Source: Somniosus microcephalus
Lineage: Eukaryota
DNA: 64,000 nt
Assembly: GCA_052327205.1 (NCBI GenBank)
Contig: CM126220.1
Span: forward strand, 30,628,001-30,692,000
Direction of reading: 5' to 3'
The translations under genes were made by a program, and so were the position numbers. Of this stretch, positions 23,401 to 37,169 are shown piece after piece; position 1 is the first letter of the stretch, and every line of letters starts with the position of its first letter. The notes below the pieces were generated by a model. The model was not told the DNA's origin. It did no database searches and worked only from the letters and a program-made list of their open reading frames with translations.

Positions 23401-25444
23401 ATCCATAAGGCCACAGCAACAAAGCCTACTTCTGCCTTCAGCCAATGTCAAGACACACCCTTTTCAACAGAGGTCGCGAAATAGTGGTCAGGAGTGGGAA
23501 TCCTGCCTGATATTTGTCCACCTCCCTATCCCAGTGGCACTGAGAACAATTGTAACACATCGACTGCTGTGCCGGTTGAGATCAACTATCTCAGCATCTG
23601 CCGTCTCAGTGGTACACTGGAGGTGGTACTGCACGAGGGCATTGCCTTTACCCCTGGAGCCATCGGAGAGCTTTTGTGTGCCTTCTGAAAATCTGTGCTA
23701 ACAAACCTCCTTTGTTGCCATGGTCCAACACAAACATATCATCACTGTATATTCAGTCAGCAGAGCCAGCATTCAAGCTCTGGGTACTCCAGCCAAGCAG
23801 TCCACCTTCTGCTCCTAGATCTACTTGAGCCCATTGTAAACAAACAGCAAATGATTCACATTTCCAAAGGTAGAACCACAATCCTTTAAAATAAAACTGT
23901 AGGCTGAATAGGATAGATTTTCCAATAGTGTAGTTTGCTTCCAAATGATTAGAAACAGGCTCAAAGCTCACCTGAGGTGAAGTGTGCTGTTTCCATACCC
24001 TTTTTCACGGTCAGCTCATTATCATAATTAAGCATAGCTCCAAGTACATATTTGGATATGTGTAGGGAGCACAGGAGTGGGAGCAAAATATTGCTGTGCA
24101 GGTGAAATTTAAAGGGATGTGGAAAATGAAAGGGAAGTGCCAAAAGGAAAGGACAAAAAAACTTTTGCAGCCTTTGGAAAAGCTCCAAAGGCATTTCAGG
24201 TCATTGGAGGCCTTTGTCAAGGCTGAGGGGAGAGGGTGTTATGAAGTGCCATGTAGAAAGGAAGTGAATGGATTCAGGCATGGGTCCGCAGGGAAGCCCA
24301 GCACCAGATGCCACGTTTGATGACTGCTGAACTGGAGGTGGTACTGTATGAGGTGGCTGTGAGGAGAATGGGCTGGTTTGTTACTCTGCGCTGTCACCCC
24401 CAGAGGTCAACGTTGTAGCATTCCTGGAAAGAGATGGAAGCAGGCTTGTGGCTGACCCTGCCCATCACTGTCACGGGCAGTGTAACCCTATGGTGCATGT
24501 TCGTGGCAGGTGCCCTTGTGGCAGATGGCACAGCACTACGGACTTGGTCCTTGTGAAAACAGTTCCCTACTGTCATTGCCAGGTAGGTGTGCCAATACCA
24601 GCAGACATGGTTAGTGACACGTTGGCAGGTGCGCCCAATCCAGCTATGCTAGCTTTTGATCACTCTGGCATGCTTCTTTCATGCAGCAACAACGAAAGCC
24701 ATGAGAGCCTACCTTGGGAACTGGAGTCTCTGTTTGCTCTCATCCTTTGCCAAAGCGAGGTAGGTGCACTTCTGTCTGTAGATGGGGATATGAGGGTACC
24801 AGAGATTTAGTACAGGCCACCTCTGGTGTAAGCTGGCCTGCCTAGCATTCCTCTGCTGCTCTTCCACCCCTTCCTCCAGAAAGCTAAGATGGGGGGATTT
24901 CCACAAGGAAACCCATTGGTGGCAGTGATGGAGCTGCAGAGGGGGGAAAATATTCCGCCTCTGTGTTTGCTGCCCCACCATTTCCCGTTCATTAAAGTAA
25001 AAGGGTGGAAAGTCGCAGGAGTGGAGAACCCCAGCCGGTATGGTGAAATATTCTGCTGTACGTGCTGAATTATATTATGGAGATGATTTTATATTTGCAA
25101 TTGGTTTCTTTCGAGCTGCTTGAGGAATTGCTTTGGACTGGCTGGACACTGAGCCTGAATAATGTGATGTTACACTGACCCATTTACACTGAACAATTAA
25201 CACATTAGCATTCAGAAGAGAGACACCGGGTCATTAGTTTACTGATTAAATGCGAAACGTTTGTAGGAAATGCAAACTTAAAAGAAAATGATCTTTCTTA
25301 TGCAGTTAATAGAGCAGATTTCCATAGAAATGACTGAAATGCGGATACAGGGACCTATTTAAGTCTGTACATTTAAGGAGCTTTTACATTATAAAAAAGG
25401 GGGCCAATAGCAAGCACTCCATTCTCCGGCTGCTGGCTGCACTT

Positions 25445-26190
25445 AGAATCATAGAATGGTTACAGCACAGAAGGAGGCCTTTCGGCCCGTCGAGCCCGTG
25501 CTGGCTTTCTGCAAGAGCACTTCAGCTAGTCCCACTCCCCTGCCCTTTCCCCGTAGCCCTACAAATTTTTTTCCTTCAGGTACTTATCCAATTCCCTTTT
25601 GGAAGCCACAATTGAGTCTGCCTCCACCACCCTTGCTGCGTAAAAATGTTTTTCCTCATATCGCCTTTGGTTCTTATGCCAATCACCTTAAATCTGCGTC
25701 CTCTGGTTCTTGACCCTTCTGCCAATGGGAACAGTTTCTCTCTATCTACTCTGTCCAGACCCCTCATGATTTTGAACACCTCTATCAAATCTCCTCTCAG
25801 CCTTCTCTACCCTAAGGAGAACAACCCCAGCTTCTCCAGTCTATCCACGTAACTGAAGTCCCTCATCCCTGGAACCATTCTTGTAAAACTTTTCTGCACC
25901 CTCTCTAAGGTCTTCACATCCTTCCGAAAGACACAATACTCCAGTGGAATCCGAACTATATTATAAAGGTTCATGATAACTTCCTTGCTTTTGTACTCTA
26001 TGCCTCTATTTATGAAGCCCAGGATCCTGTATGCTTTCTTAACCGCTTTCTCAACCTGCCCTGCCACCTTCACCGATTTGTGCACATATACCCCCAGGTC
26101 TCTCTGTTCATGCACCCCCTTTAGAAGCGTACCCTTTAGTTTATGTTGCCTCTGCTCATTCTTCCTACCAAAATGTATCACTTCGCACTT
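25445..26190 (-). mobile_element. CR1 LINE 3' part
   Basis: HFGRKN..RDLGVYVH..LERVQKSFTRMVPG..; tail (ATTCT)n. Confidence 0.9.
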
Positions 26191-27167
26191 TTTGCCTTAA
26201 ATATGCTATTAAGGGGCCTAACGCCTGTTTTGGGATCCAAACTGGAAATTGGTTGACCCTAAATGCAGCAGGTTTAGGGCCAAGTAGACCAGGTCTACCT
26301 GCGGTCCTTAAAGGGACCGCTGGGGGCTGCCACCAAAAAGGTAAATTAAAAAAAAATACTTCTCCTAACGTGGAGTCAGGAGGACGACTCAGACTACTTA
26401 CCCAAGTCTCCAATGGGGAATACTGTTAGAGGCATTTGTAACACAGAAAATATTATTGTGACAGTAAGCGTAAGCAGATTATTGCAAATGTTGTAATTTA
26501 TTATGTCGTTATTACATTATTTCCAGTAGTAAGTGCTCAACTTCGTCGAGAACCCAAGAAAAAATATTTTGACCGATTTCGTTGGTTCATCTTTTCATTT
26601 TTTTATTGATAACTGTTGCTAATTACCCATTTTTGATATGTGTGATTTGGAATATCCTTTTTGGTAGTTTTCATTACTGGACAAGCCATGTGCTAAAGGT
26701 ACCATCTTAAATAGATAGATTTCATTATATCCCTAAGTTAGTTCCCAGTGTACTGAAGCAAGTCTTTCTGCAGGGTTCGAAGCTGGATATCACCGGGGAC
26801 TATGTCATTCATTGGAATAGAACACTTCTATTTTGGGACCTTGGTTCAAAACCAGTCCACATTAATGAGGTGCGATTCTCTCTCTGCTGGCTGTACGGAT
26901 TCTAAGTGTAATGTGTTTGGCAGTCTCATGCAGAGAAGCCACAGGAATAGTGAAATGCCAAAGTGGCACAGAGGGTTGCTTTTCTGAAGCTGGAATTAAG
27001 GCGCCTAATTGAAGGTTCATAGAGGGAGTTTTACTCTGCAGCAAACCCATGCTATGTCTGATCTTAGAGGGATTGATAGGACAGTGTAGAAGGATCTTTA
27101 CTCTCTATCTTAAGCTATGATTTAACTGATCAAGGTGTTCTTTATGGGGAACTTTTACTCTGTATCG

Positions 27168-29255
27168 AACATAGAAGATAGGAGCAGGAGTAGGCCATTC
27201 GGCCCCTCGAGCCTGTTCCGCCATTTAATGAGATCATGGCTGATCATCCGAATTCAGTACCCTGTCCCTGCTTTCTCCCCATATCCCTTGATCCCTTTAG
27301 CCTTAAGAAAGATATCTAACTCCTTCTTGAATATATTTAATGAATTGGCCTCAACTGTCTTCTGTGGTAAAGAATTCCACAGGTTCACCACTCTCTGGGT
27401 GAAGAAATTCCTCCTCATCTCAGTCCTAAATGGTTTACCCCTTATCCTTAGACTGTGACCCCTGGTTCTGGACTCCCCCGCCATCGGGAACATTCTTCCT
27501 GCATCTAGTCTGTCTAGTCCTGTTAGAATTTTATAAGTTTCAGTGAGATCCCCTCTCATTCTTCTAAACTCTAGTGAATATAAGCCTAATCGACCCAATC
27601 TCTTTTCATATGTCATTCCTGCCATCCCAGGTATCAGTCTGGTGAATCTTCGCTGCACTCCCTCCATGGCAAGAACATCCTTCCTCAGATAAGGCAACTA
27701 AAACTGCACACAATACTCAAGGTGTGGTCTCACCAAGGCCCTGTACAACTGCAGCAAGATATCCTTGCTCCTGTACTCGAATCCTCTCGCTATGAAGGCC
27801 AACATACCATTTGCCTTCTTAACCGCCTGCTGCACCTGCATCCTTACCTTCAGCGACTGGTGCACAAGGACACCCAGGTCTCATTGCACTTCCCCTTCTC
27901 CCAATCTACTGCCGTTCAGATAATAATCTGCCTTCCTGTTTTTGCCACCAAAGTGGATAACCTCGCATTTATCCACATTATACTGCATCTGCCCAATCAC
28001 CCAACCTGCCCAAATCATACTGGAGTTTCTCTATATCCTCCTCACAGTACACACGCCCATCCAGCTTTGTGTCGTCTGCAAACTTGGAGATATTACATCT
28101 AGTTTCCTCGTCTAGATCATTTATATATATTGTGAATAGCTGGGGTCCTAGCACCGATCCCTGCGGCACCCCACTAGTCACTGCCTGTCACTCTGAAAAA
28201 GACCCTTTTATTACAACTCTTTGCTTCCTGTCTGCCAACCAGTTCTCTATCCAATTAAGTACCTTACCCCCAATCCCATGTGCTTTAACTTTGCACGCTA
28301 ATCTCTTATGCGGGACTTTATCGAAAGCCTTCTGAAAGTCCAAATACACCACATCCACTGGTTCTCCCTCATCTATTCTACCAGTTGCATTCTCAAAAAA
28401 TTCCAGTAGATTAGTCAAGCATGATTTACCTTTTGTAAATCCATGTTGACTTTGTCCAATCCTGTCACTGTTTTCCAATTGCTCTGCTATTACATCTTTT
28501 ATAATGGACTCTAGCATTTTCCCCACTACCAATATCAGGCCTACCAGTCTATAATTCCCCGTTTTCTCTCTACCACCTTTTTTAAATAATGGGGTTACAT
28601 TAGCTACCCTCCAATCCATGGGAACTGTTCTGGAGTCGATAGAATTTTGGACGATGACCAACAATGCATCTACTATTTCTAGGGCCACTCCCTTAAGTAC
28701 CCTAGGATGTAGATTATCAGGCCCTGGGGATTTATCGGCCTTCAATCCCGTCAATTTCCCTACAAATACTGATTTCATTTAGTTCCTCCCTCTCATTAGA
28801 CCCTATGTTCCCCAACTTCTCTGGGAGGTTATTTGTGTCCTCCTTTGTGAAGACAGAACCAAAGTATGTATTCTTTGTATGTAGTCTGCCATTTCTTTGT
28901 TCCCCATTATAAATTCCCCTGATTCTGACTGCAAGGGACCTACGCTTGACTTCACCAATCTTTTCTCTTCACATATCTATAGAAGCTTTTACAGTCAGCT
29001 TTTATGTTCCCTGCAAGCTTACTCTCACACTCTCTTTTCCCCCTCTTAATTAATCCCTTTGTCCTCCTTTGCTGAATCCTAAACTGCTCCCAATCCTCAG
29101 GTTTGCTGCTTTTTCTGGCCAATTTATATGTCCTCTCCTTGGATAATTTCCCTTGTTAGCCACGGTTGAGTCACCTTTTTTGTTTTATTTTTATGCCAAA
29201 CAGGGATGAACAAATTCTGTAGTTCAGCCATGCGATCTTTAAATGTTTGCCAAAT
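27168..29255 (-). mobile_element. Young CR1 LINE, ~2.1-kb 3' part with RT domain (frameshifted)
   Basis: [69 protein letters not shown]; same family as 12930-13862. Confidence 0.95.
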
Positions 29256-32200
29256 TATACCTGACCTGGGAAAGCTCGATGCTGTCACTAGCATTGGTGT
29301 TAAGTTGTCAAAAATGAAAAAAAACAATTAACTATCACCGAAAGCATACATATAATAAAAATTAGAGATCTGGGTTTGCAGGGTGACTTCTACATCCATC
29401 ATGGAATTATGATTGGCTGAAAGGAACACATCAATTTAGAATAATATTTTCATATCTTTTTTTCTGCAAAACAGGAAAGGAACTGCATGCTTGCACCTCA
29501 TCCAAACAAATTCCAAATTGATTCCAAGAAGGCTAGAATGTTCCAATGCTTGAGATAGTGCTGTCGACAGATGTGAACTGTGTTGTGCACTAGTTAGCAC
29601 CAGTGTGAGAGAGGGTGTTATTTCAAAGTACATCTGATGGGTGACATGATTTATCAGGGCCACTAATGGAAAGCTTAGCTGTTACATTCAACTGAAGAGT
29701 GATTCAGTTTTAACTGTAAGAAGATTCTACATGAGGTTCTCTCTGTTATAACTCTTTATAAAGTGGCTTGAAATGTACCATGGCAGGACTCACCGTGCCA
29801 CCATCTTGTACACTGCCAAGATGAATACTTTGCTCCATCAGTCATTTTTGGCTTCCGAGGCCAAAATTCCTGATGACATGGACCTTTTAAACATCAGCCA
29901 AAGCCTTATTTGTTTTAATAATCGGGACTGCTTCACTGAGGTGGGCCAGACTGGAGCCTCACAGATCATTCTGACTCCAAGTTAAATTTGTGCTGGCTGT
30001 GGGAGCCAGAAAGCAAAGATTGTGGAATTGGCTCCAAGTTAATGATTCCTTTTCTGAAGTTCCTGTCTAATACATTAGAAGAACCATTAAACAGCCTTAT
30101 GTTGACCAGCCTGGGATCTCTCTTTCTCCCTGAGCATTTTGTTTTAAGAAATAATCCGAGTGAGCAGTATTAGACATTGACTGCAAGTGGCAATCAAATC
30201 AGTAAGTTGTGATTCTGCCACCAAAAGTTTGAGTATTAAAATGTAATTTGAAGAATAGCACTTCTCTTACACAGGCATTACTGCCATTTTTACTTTGGAT
30301 GGCATGAGCAGACCGGGTTCAACTTGCTCACTCGCCTAATGTTATTTTGGTGCCCACAGAACGGGGCCATTGCCTGGCCTTGGAGAATCATTCCCGAGTG
30401 AAAGTCTGAGTGCAGGAGGCTATAGTGCAGTCAAATCCACTTGTAGATGGAGTAGGAAAAGGTTTGGAGGAGCAGCCGGTCAGCCAAGCAGAAAGGTCCA
30501 GGACAGATAGAGGAGAGGAGTGAATCCAGGATCTGTCGGACCAGAAAGGTTCAGGATTCCTAATGTGATTGGTGCTGAATTAGCTGGAACAGCAGTTGGG
30601 GTGCTCGAGATGGTTACACACGGGAGAAACTAGACAGGGTTCCTGCTTCTGATCACTCGTCAGTGTCTCCCGCTGGAAAGTGCATGCGTGGGCATCAGAT
30701 GAGGATGGGATCAGGCTCAATAATCCTTTCCAACATTCGTTGCCTATGCTTACACATGAAGAACGACCACTTGGCTGAGGTACTTGAGGATGGCCAGCAT
30801 CCATGGTACTGTGCCCCATTGGGAGTCAGAATCTTGAGAAAAGGGGAAATAAAATCACTCAGTGGGGATGGTGGATTTGAAAGTAGATTAAAGATAGGAC
30901 TGAACCGTGAGACATCAGTTTAGTATCATGCTAGGGTCTCAACCTACACTTGCAGTGTGAAATAACTCCCTAAAGGAGAGTGAAGCAAGCAACCTATAAT
31001 GTGAATTACATCTCATATCATAAGACATGTGTGGCATTAAAAATGGACCTTGCCCTCCTCTGGGATTGACCCTGTTGTTGCCAAGACACTTTTACTCATT
31101 TTGTTCAGATAGCCAAAAGATTAACATAGTGCAAACCAAGCTCGAAATGTGACCGAATCCTCCACAGCTTTCCCACGCACTCTGGAACTCTTACAAATGA
31201 ACAGGCTTTATCGCCTGGACTCTGTTATTGCCTGAGCACCATTGACCCTGATAACAAGCAGAGAGAAAGGTACAATTCAGCAAAACAGGAAGCAGTATCT
31301 GACTATCTGGCAATTAGCGGCAGTCCTGAATTGATGCGTTGAACTATCTTTTTGGTCCTTAAATGAGTCAATACTGAAAAAAAAATAGAAAAAGAAGATT
31401 TTTTTCCCCTCTTTTGGCTTATTCGCATTTTAATGGAATCCTTGATCACTTAGCTAAGAATCAAAACCTGACAGTATCTTATTCAACTTGTTTATAGTTA
31501 TCAGTGCAGATAGTTGTGATCACTTTCGTGCCATTTCCCCATTTTTGAAAACGTCTCAGGTGTAGCATTATGAATCTTACATAATCTAGCATATTATTGG
31601 GTAATGACATAATTAACTGGTTAACTGTGAATGACCCTGAGAATAACCAAGTCTGCACTACTAACCAGTGCTGGTCAGCACTCACCGGCACTTTAACAGC
31701 CGAGTAAAGTTAGATTAAACAGCTGCTCTGCCCTTGCTTCCCGATGCCTTTTCTAACTACCAAATGAGACGACACTGGGTTGTCCCAGTGTCAGCAAACA
31801 AAAACCAGACAGAAGTGGCCCCTTTTCAGAGGGGCACAACTAATAAGGAACTAAACCATAAAACAATGGAAACTGATAAAATTAAATAATAATGTTATTA
31901 TCGATGTCCACTACGCCCTCCAGTCCCTGCGGTGCCCCACTGGTCACGGAAGGCCCCAAGAGTACCAGCGGACAAGGCGTGCTCCTTCTCCAGGGCCACC
32001 TGGGCATGGACAAGACTGCGGAATAGAGGCAGGCAGCCAGAACGACCACCCCCATGGGATGCATGTTGGTTCTAGAAAAGGATTAGTAATTTTGTTCTAT
32101 TCACTGTTGTTGTCCCAAAACCAGCACTCTGTGCTAATTGGCACTTCAAAAGATGAGCCATAGAGTTGTTCAAAGTGGTGAGCCGTGCTGCCGAGCAGTG

Positions 32201-32370
32201 CTACCTCCTGATATACCGATCAGTCAGTTATTGGTGATCATTCGAACTACAGCTCAGATCAATCACTATAGCCGGAGTCCACCTTTCGGCCTGTCAACGT
32301 GGCAGTCCAAATTCCACCAAAGCGAGTCTCCCCATCAGTACTCCTCCAGAAAGTCACTTACAAAGGGGTA

Positions 32371-32500
32371 GGGGGCGAATTAACCTCGGAGCTTCTCTCG
32401 CTCCACTGCCGTAACGACAGCGGAAACCCCGTTAACATGTGTAAACGGACCTGCCGAAGTTACGGTGCCGAAGCAGGAGAAGGACTGAGGAAATTCACCT
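32371..32500. mobile_element. ~130-bp fold-back MITE
   Basis: gggcgaatt..cctc..ttctc..ccgtaac..ccgtt mirrored by aacgg..gttacgg..gagaa..gagg..aattcacc. Confidence 0.65.
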
Positions 32501-33929
32501 TCATGGTCAACTCTTGGGGTCCTTTGGATTATTTCTGTCTTTTAGTTTATTAAAAAAATACATATATTTTTGCTTCAATAGAGATGCTGATATCATTAAG
32601 TGGGCCATTTATTAGAGGTTACAGTGACAGTATCATTTTAGTGTTGTACATTAATTCAACTCTGCAATATGGTGGGCTCAGTAATTTCCCCCCCCACTGT
32701 TTCCTTACATCATACAACATAAGACTTGGAACAAGAAAGAGCCATTCAGCCCATCAAATCTGCTCCTTCTACAGACAACACATACTATCCAGTCTTGGCT
32801 AATGAAAGCAAAAGTGTCAGAATCATTCAAGAGACAGTTAAATTATGCAATGGGGGGAGACTGTAAGTTTTCTTTATTCTAGTTGGATGAGCTAAAATGG
32901 GTTGAATGGCCTCCCTCATCTGTATCTGTCTTGTGATCAGCAAAAGTGAATTCTTATTTTCTGCAATAAGCTAGCATAGCACTCTCTAGAACTCGCTTCT
33001 ATTCTAACTACTGCAAGCTCTTTTTTTTACTGGTTTACAAATGAGTCCTTTCTTATCCCTGACTTTCCGTTAGTTCTTGTGGGCCGCTGCTGGAGCTGTG
33101 CATCTCGAGACACTACATGTTGAAAGCAGAGCACTCATTAAAGCCGGAGGCAAGAGTCAGACCCGAATGTGTTGCTGTCTTGGTCAGTTAGTGGACAGTG
33201 TTTCCCAAATGTTTGGCCCCTGTTCCAGCAAAGCAACTGATCATAAGAAGTAGCTGTAAAAGGATCATTGGTTATTTCACAGCTCTTCTCAGTTTTAATG
33301 CAACTTGGTTTGTCTCTTTTCAACTGAAGAGACAAGTCTGTTTTCTGCGTGGGCCCTTGACTGGCACTGGAAGATGTGCTCGGTTGAATGGGCTCTTTGC
33401 CTGGACTTGGAATGGGTTCTCAATTGAATGGGGTCCTTGTTTGGTTTTGGAGTGGATTCCCTGGCCTATTGCTTTAGGTTAGTGAAGCAGGCAGTATAAA
33501 TGGAGGCAAGTAGATATGTTTCTTGAGAGAAAAAGAATTGAAGTATACTGTGAGAAGGTGGGGCTGATCTATTAATGGTGGACGGGCTTGTTGGGTTCAA
33601 TGGCCTCTTCCTATTACAGAAAATCCGTATGCTTTTATCATTTTTAATCTATTTCTCTGATTTCACCATTTCTAGTCACCTTCTATTTTAATTTATGTAA
33701 CAATTTTGCAGCCTCCTCTGTCTGTAGAATCTATTTCACTGTGAAACATGACTAACATGGTACAAAAGACAATTTCAACAGTCAGCATGCATCAGTGACT
33801 CTGTAATACGTAAGTGTTTTAGAATGATAAGGCAATGTCTTTTTTTATATTGCGCTAACTTAAATATGTTAAGTAGTTCTAATTTGCATAATTCATGTAT
33901 AGTTTCATGCTTTTAGCATAATAAAAGCA

Positions 33930-34430
33930 TAATTGGGGCTGTTGCTTTTTACTATTTTCATAAATGACCTAAATAGAGGTGTTGAGGTAATGGTCCGCAA
34001 GTTGGCAGATGACACAAAAATTTGTGAGTGTCAGGTCTGCGTAGGAGAAGGAACTTCTGCAAACAGATCTAAATGTGCTGGGGGAATGGGCCAAACTCTG
34101 GCAGATGGTCATCTAAATAAGTGCAGGGCAATGCACTAGGGCAAGATCAATACCAAGTGTACTTACATGCTACATGGTGCCAAATTAAAATCAGTTGAAA
34201 GAAAAGGATCTTGCCGTTATTGCTCGTAACTCTCTAAAGATTCATGACCAATGCTGAGAAGCCATCGCCAAAGCAAACAGGGTATTCAGTTGCATAAATA
34301 GAACTGCTCAATATAAAACAAAGCACACCATCTTGTACAAGACCCTGGTTAGACTGCATTTGGAATACTACATCCAGTTTTGGTCCCCTCACATGGTGGG
34401 TGATATAGAAGCTTTGGAAAACATCCTGTT
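33930..34430 (+). mobile_element. Old CR1 RT fragment
   Basis: LLFTIFINDL..ADDTKI; YKTLVRLHLEYYIQFWSP. Confidence 0.8.
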
Positions 34431-36012
34431 AGGGGACATGGTTGTCTTTCTGCTGTCCTTTTTCTTCCTTTACGTTCTGATTTTGGTTGCTCCTCACATG
34501 GTAATGTGTAGACATATGGCTCTTTCCACCCATGGGGTGGTTCCTTCCTTTTATTTTAGTGAAGTTTGTGTTCTTACAGATGATAGATAGCTCAGTGCGA
34601 TAATTAAACACTTTCCAATTTGGGCACGTACTATTAGTGTTGAGCATTCCCAAGTCAGAAATAGCATGGTTAGATGCAGTCTAAAGCTCCTGCTACACTG
34701 CCCCATCTACGACCTCCAGACGAAGTATAGCATAAGTTAGATGTAGAGTGAAGTTCTCTCTCGCTGTCTCTGCCATTCCAATCCACCTGCCTCAGTCAGT
34801 TCTGGACTGCGTTTTACTCCAATCCCCCTCATTCTGTTAGTCCCTGAGATGCCTGCCACTCCGATCACCTGCCTCAATCTGTGCCTGAGCTATCCATCAC
34901 TCATAGCCTTCTGCCTCCGCCCTTAGGCTGCCTGCCACTCCAATGCCCTGCTTCAGTCAGTTCCAAACTACAAAGCATTTACAAAGTGTTGGAAAATCAT
35001 TGCTAGCTTTAACATCTTCAGGCAGAACACTGCAGCCTAACAGTAACACTCTGCTGGCATCTACATCTGACAGCAAAGAGGAAAACAAGGCCCCCCCACT
35101 GTGTACATTCATTAGAAGCCTTTGAAATGAAGATATTAAATAAAGCAAGGTGGAAGATCTCTGCCCTTTATTAGATGATGTTCAAACCAAACACAGCACA
35201 GGATAAGCCTAGCATCTAAATGTTTCTTGCTGGAGGCTCTAAGGTGTGAGGGGCCACGGTGGGCGTCATCGTAGACTGGGTTGGTTCAGCGCTATATTTT
35301 AGCATGCTTCCTCGAGGGTTGGTTATTTACATACATCCCTTAATTACCATCTGTGCACCCAGCGGCGCTCTCTCTACAAAGCGAATGCTTCCATCTGTTG
35401 ATGCTGCTCTCTTACAGCGATCCAAATTTTTCCCATCTTTGTGTCTTGGCAATGAATGTCTTATCCTTTTTTTAAAAAATGTTGTTTGTTTTCCCAGAGC
35501 TCATCTGGGAAACATTTGCTAATTCCTTTTCCCAGTGAACTTGAATCATGGAAAAATGTAATGTAAAAAGAAATTGTCAACCTTACTTTCAAATAATCCA
35601 GATTTCTTTTTGTATATTCTTCAATTTAAAATGAATTCAACTATTGCAATAATGTTTCTCATTAGCGTATTATTATATGAGTCTCAGCGTGATTAATATG
35701 CACTGGCAACTGTCATTTCATGAATATTATTATCAGTCTTTCATCTCTATATTGAATAAATATTTTGGAAATCAGGAATAAAAGCATCTGTATGTTCCTC
35801 TTTAGCCTTAGTTGGTAAAAATAATGACCTGTGAGCAAATGTGCCAGGCCAGACTCGAGCTAGCTGACCTCAGCTGGACTACGGTTAGGGTGCTACAATT
35901 GGATTCAGTGGACTAGGTAAGGGAGAGGAAACATTAGCCAAGGTTCCTGCCTCCTGATCATTAAAAACAGGAAGCCCTGCTGGAAAGTGTGTGTGAGCAC
36001 GCACGTCAGTTG

Positions 36013-36501
36013 AGAACAGCACCTCATCTTTCGATTAGGCACTCTACAGCCCTCTGGACTCAACATAGAGTTCAACAATTTCAGATCATAACCTCGGCCC
36101 CTATCACATGTATATATTTTATTTTTTTTATCCACTTTTTGTTTGGCCCCTTTTTTTCTTCCCTCCCACGTGGCAGCTGTCCTTCATTCTGCCAGCGCAA
36201 TTCACACCTCATCTAGAGCCATCCTTTGTTCCTTAACCTGTCACGTTACCACCTCCTCTCGCCTTGAATATCTCTTAATGTCTCTCAATGTCTCTTAATC
36301 TCTCCTGCTTTCTATCCTATCACTGACCTTCCCTTTAGTTCTTTCATCCCCTCCCCCTTTTCCCAGCCCCTAAATTTGCTTTCCATTTCCTGCTTTTTTC
36401 CAGTTCTGATGAAAGGTCATCGACCTGAAACGTTAACTCTGTTTCTCTCTCCACGGATGCTGCCTGGCCTGCTGAGTTTTTCCAGCATTTTCTGTTGTTA
36501 T
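36013..36501 (+). mobile_element. Penelope-like retroelement 3' fragment
   Basis: EQHLIFRLGTLQPSGLNIEFNNFRS* (GIY-YIG ORF C-terminus), pyrimidine-rich UTR, hammerhead motif; flanked by duplicated TTGAGAACAG. Confidence 0.85.
36402..36438 (+). ncRNA. Minimal type I hammerhead ribozyme motif
   Basis: AGTT-CTGATGA-A-AGGTC(ATC)GACCT-GAAAC-GTT-AACT: catalytic core, 5-bp stem II, AGTT/AACT stem I, palindromic AACGTT in place of stem III. Confidence 0.75.
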
Positions 36502-37169
36502 TTGAGAACAGGATTGGGCTTGACTGCGATGCCTTTCATGTTCAAATATCCAAATGCCACTCACTGCCTAGACTCACCTGTGAAGAACGTCACTTGGGTA
36601 AGATACTGGAGGGCCTGAAGAATGTCGCTGAGCATGGGTGAATGCCATCAGGAAAAGGAGGAAAAAGTTGTGGGAGGAAACAGAAATTAAAAACTCAAAA
36701 TATATTATCAGTCATTCTATTATAATTCCTCTCCCACTTTTTGCTTTCTAATTCCGCGTGGTAACTGGCGGGAATAGTAACCTAGTCACCAGTATGACTG
36801 CTACAGAGCAGCTGGCTGCCCAACAGGAGCAGTCAGGTTTGAACTGCATGTGATGGTGACCAGGTGCTGGTCTTATATGGTTGTTAAGGGTCCCTAATAA
36901 TCCAGCATTGGATCATCAAGGAAACCAACTGTCTACAGGTAAAAGTCTTGTGTTTGGTAATCTTTTTCATTTCAGATATTAAGCGCACTAAAACTCCCCC
37001 CAAAAAAGCCAATCATTTCCTGCTAGTTCCATAACCTGGGGGAAGAGCCAGAGATTTATAAATATCTAGCAATCTACAATTACCCTCTAATTGATCTTTA
37101 GCAGAGCCCAAGAGAAATTAGCCTCTGAAAGACCTCAGGATATACCTATTAAAGGGACAGGCAAGGTGA

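Noticed and set aside
31771-31792. GACACTGGG-TTGT-CCCAGTGTC hairpin
   Set aside because: A single 9-bp stem is plausible by chance in 64 kb and has no supporting context.
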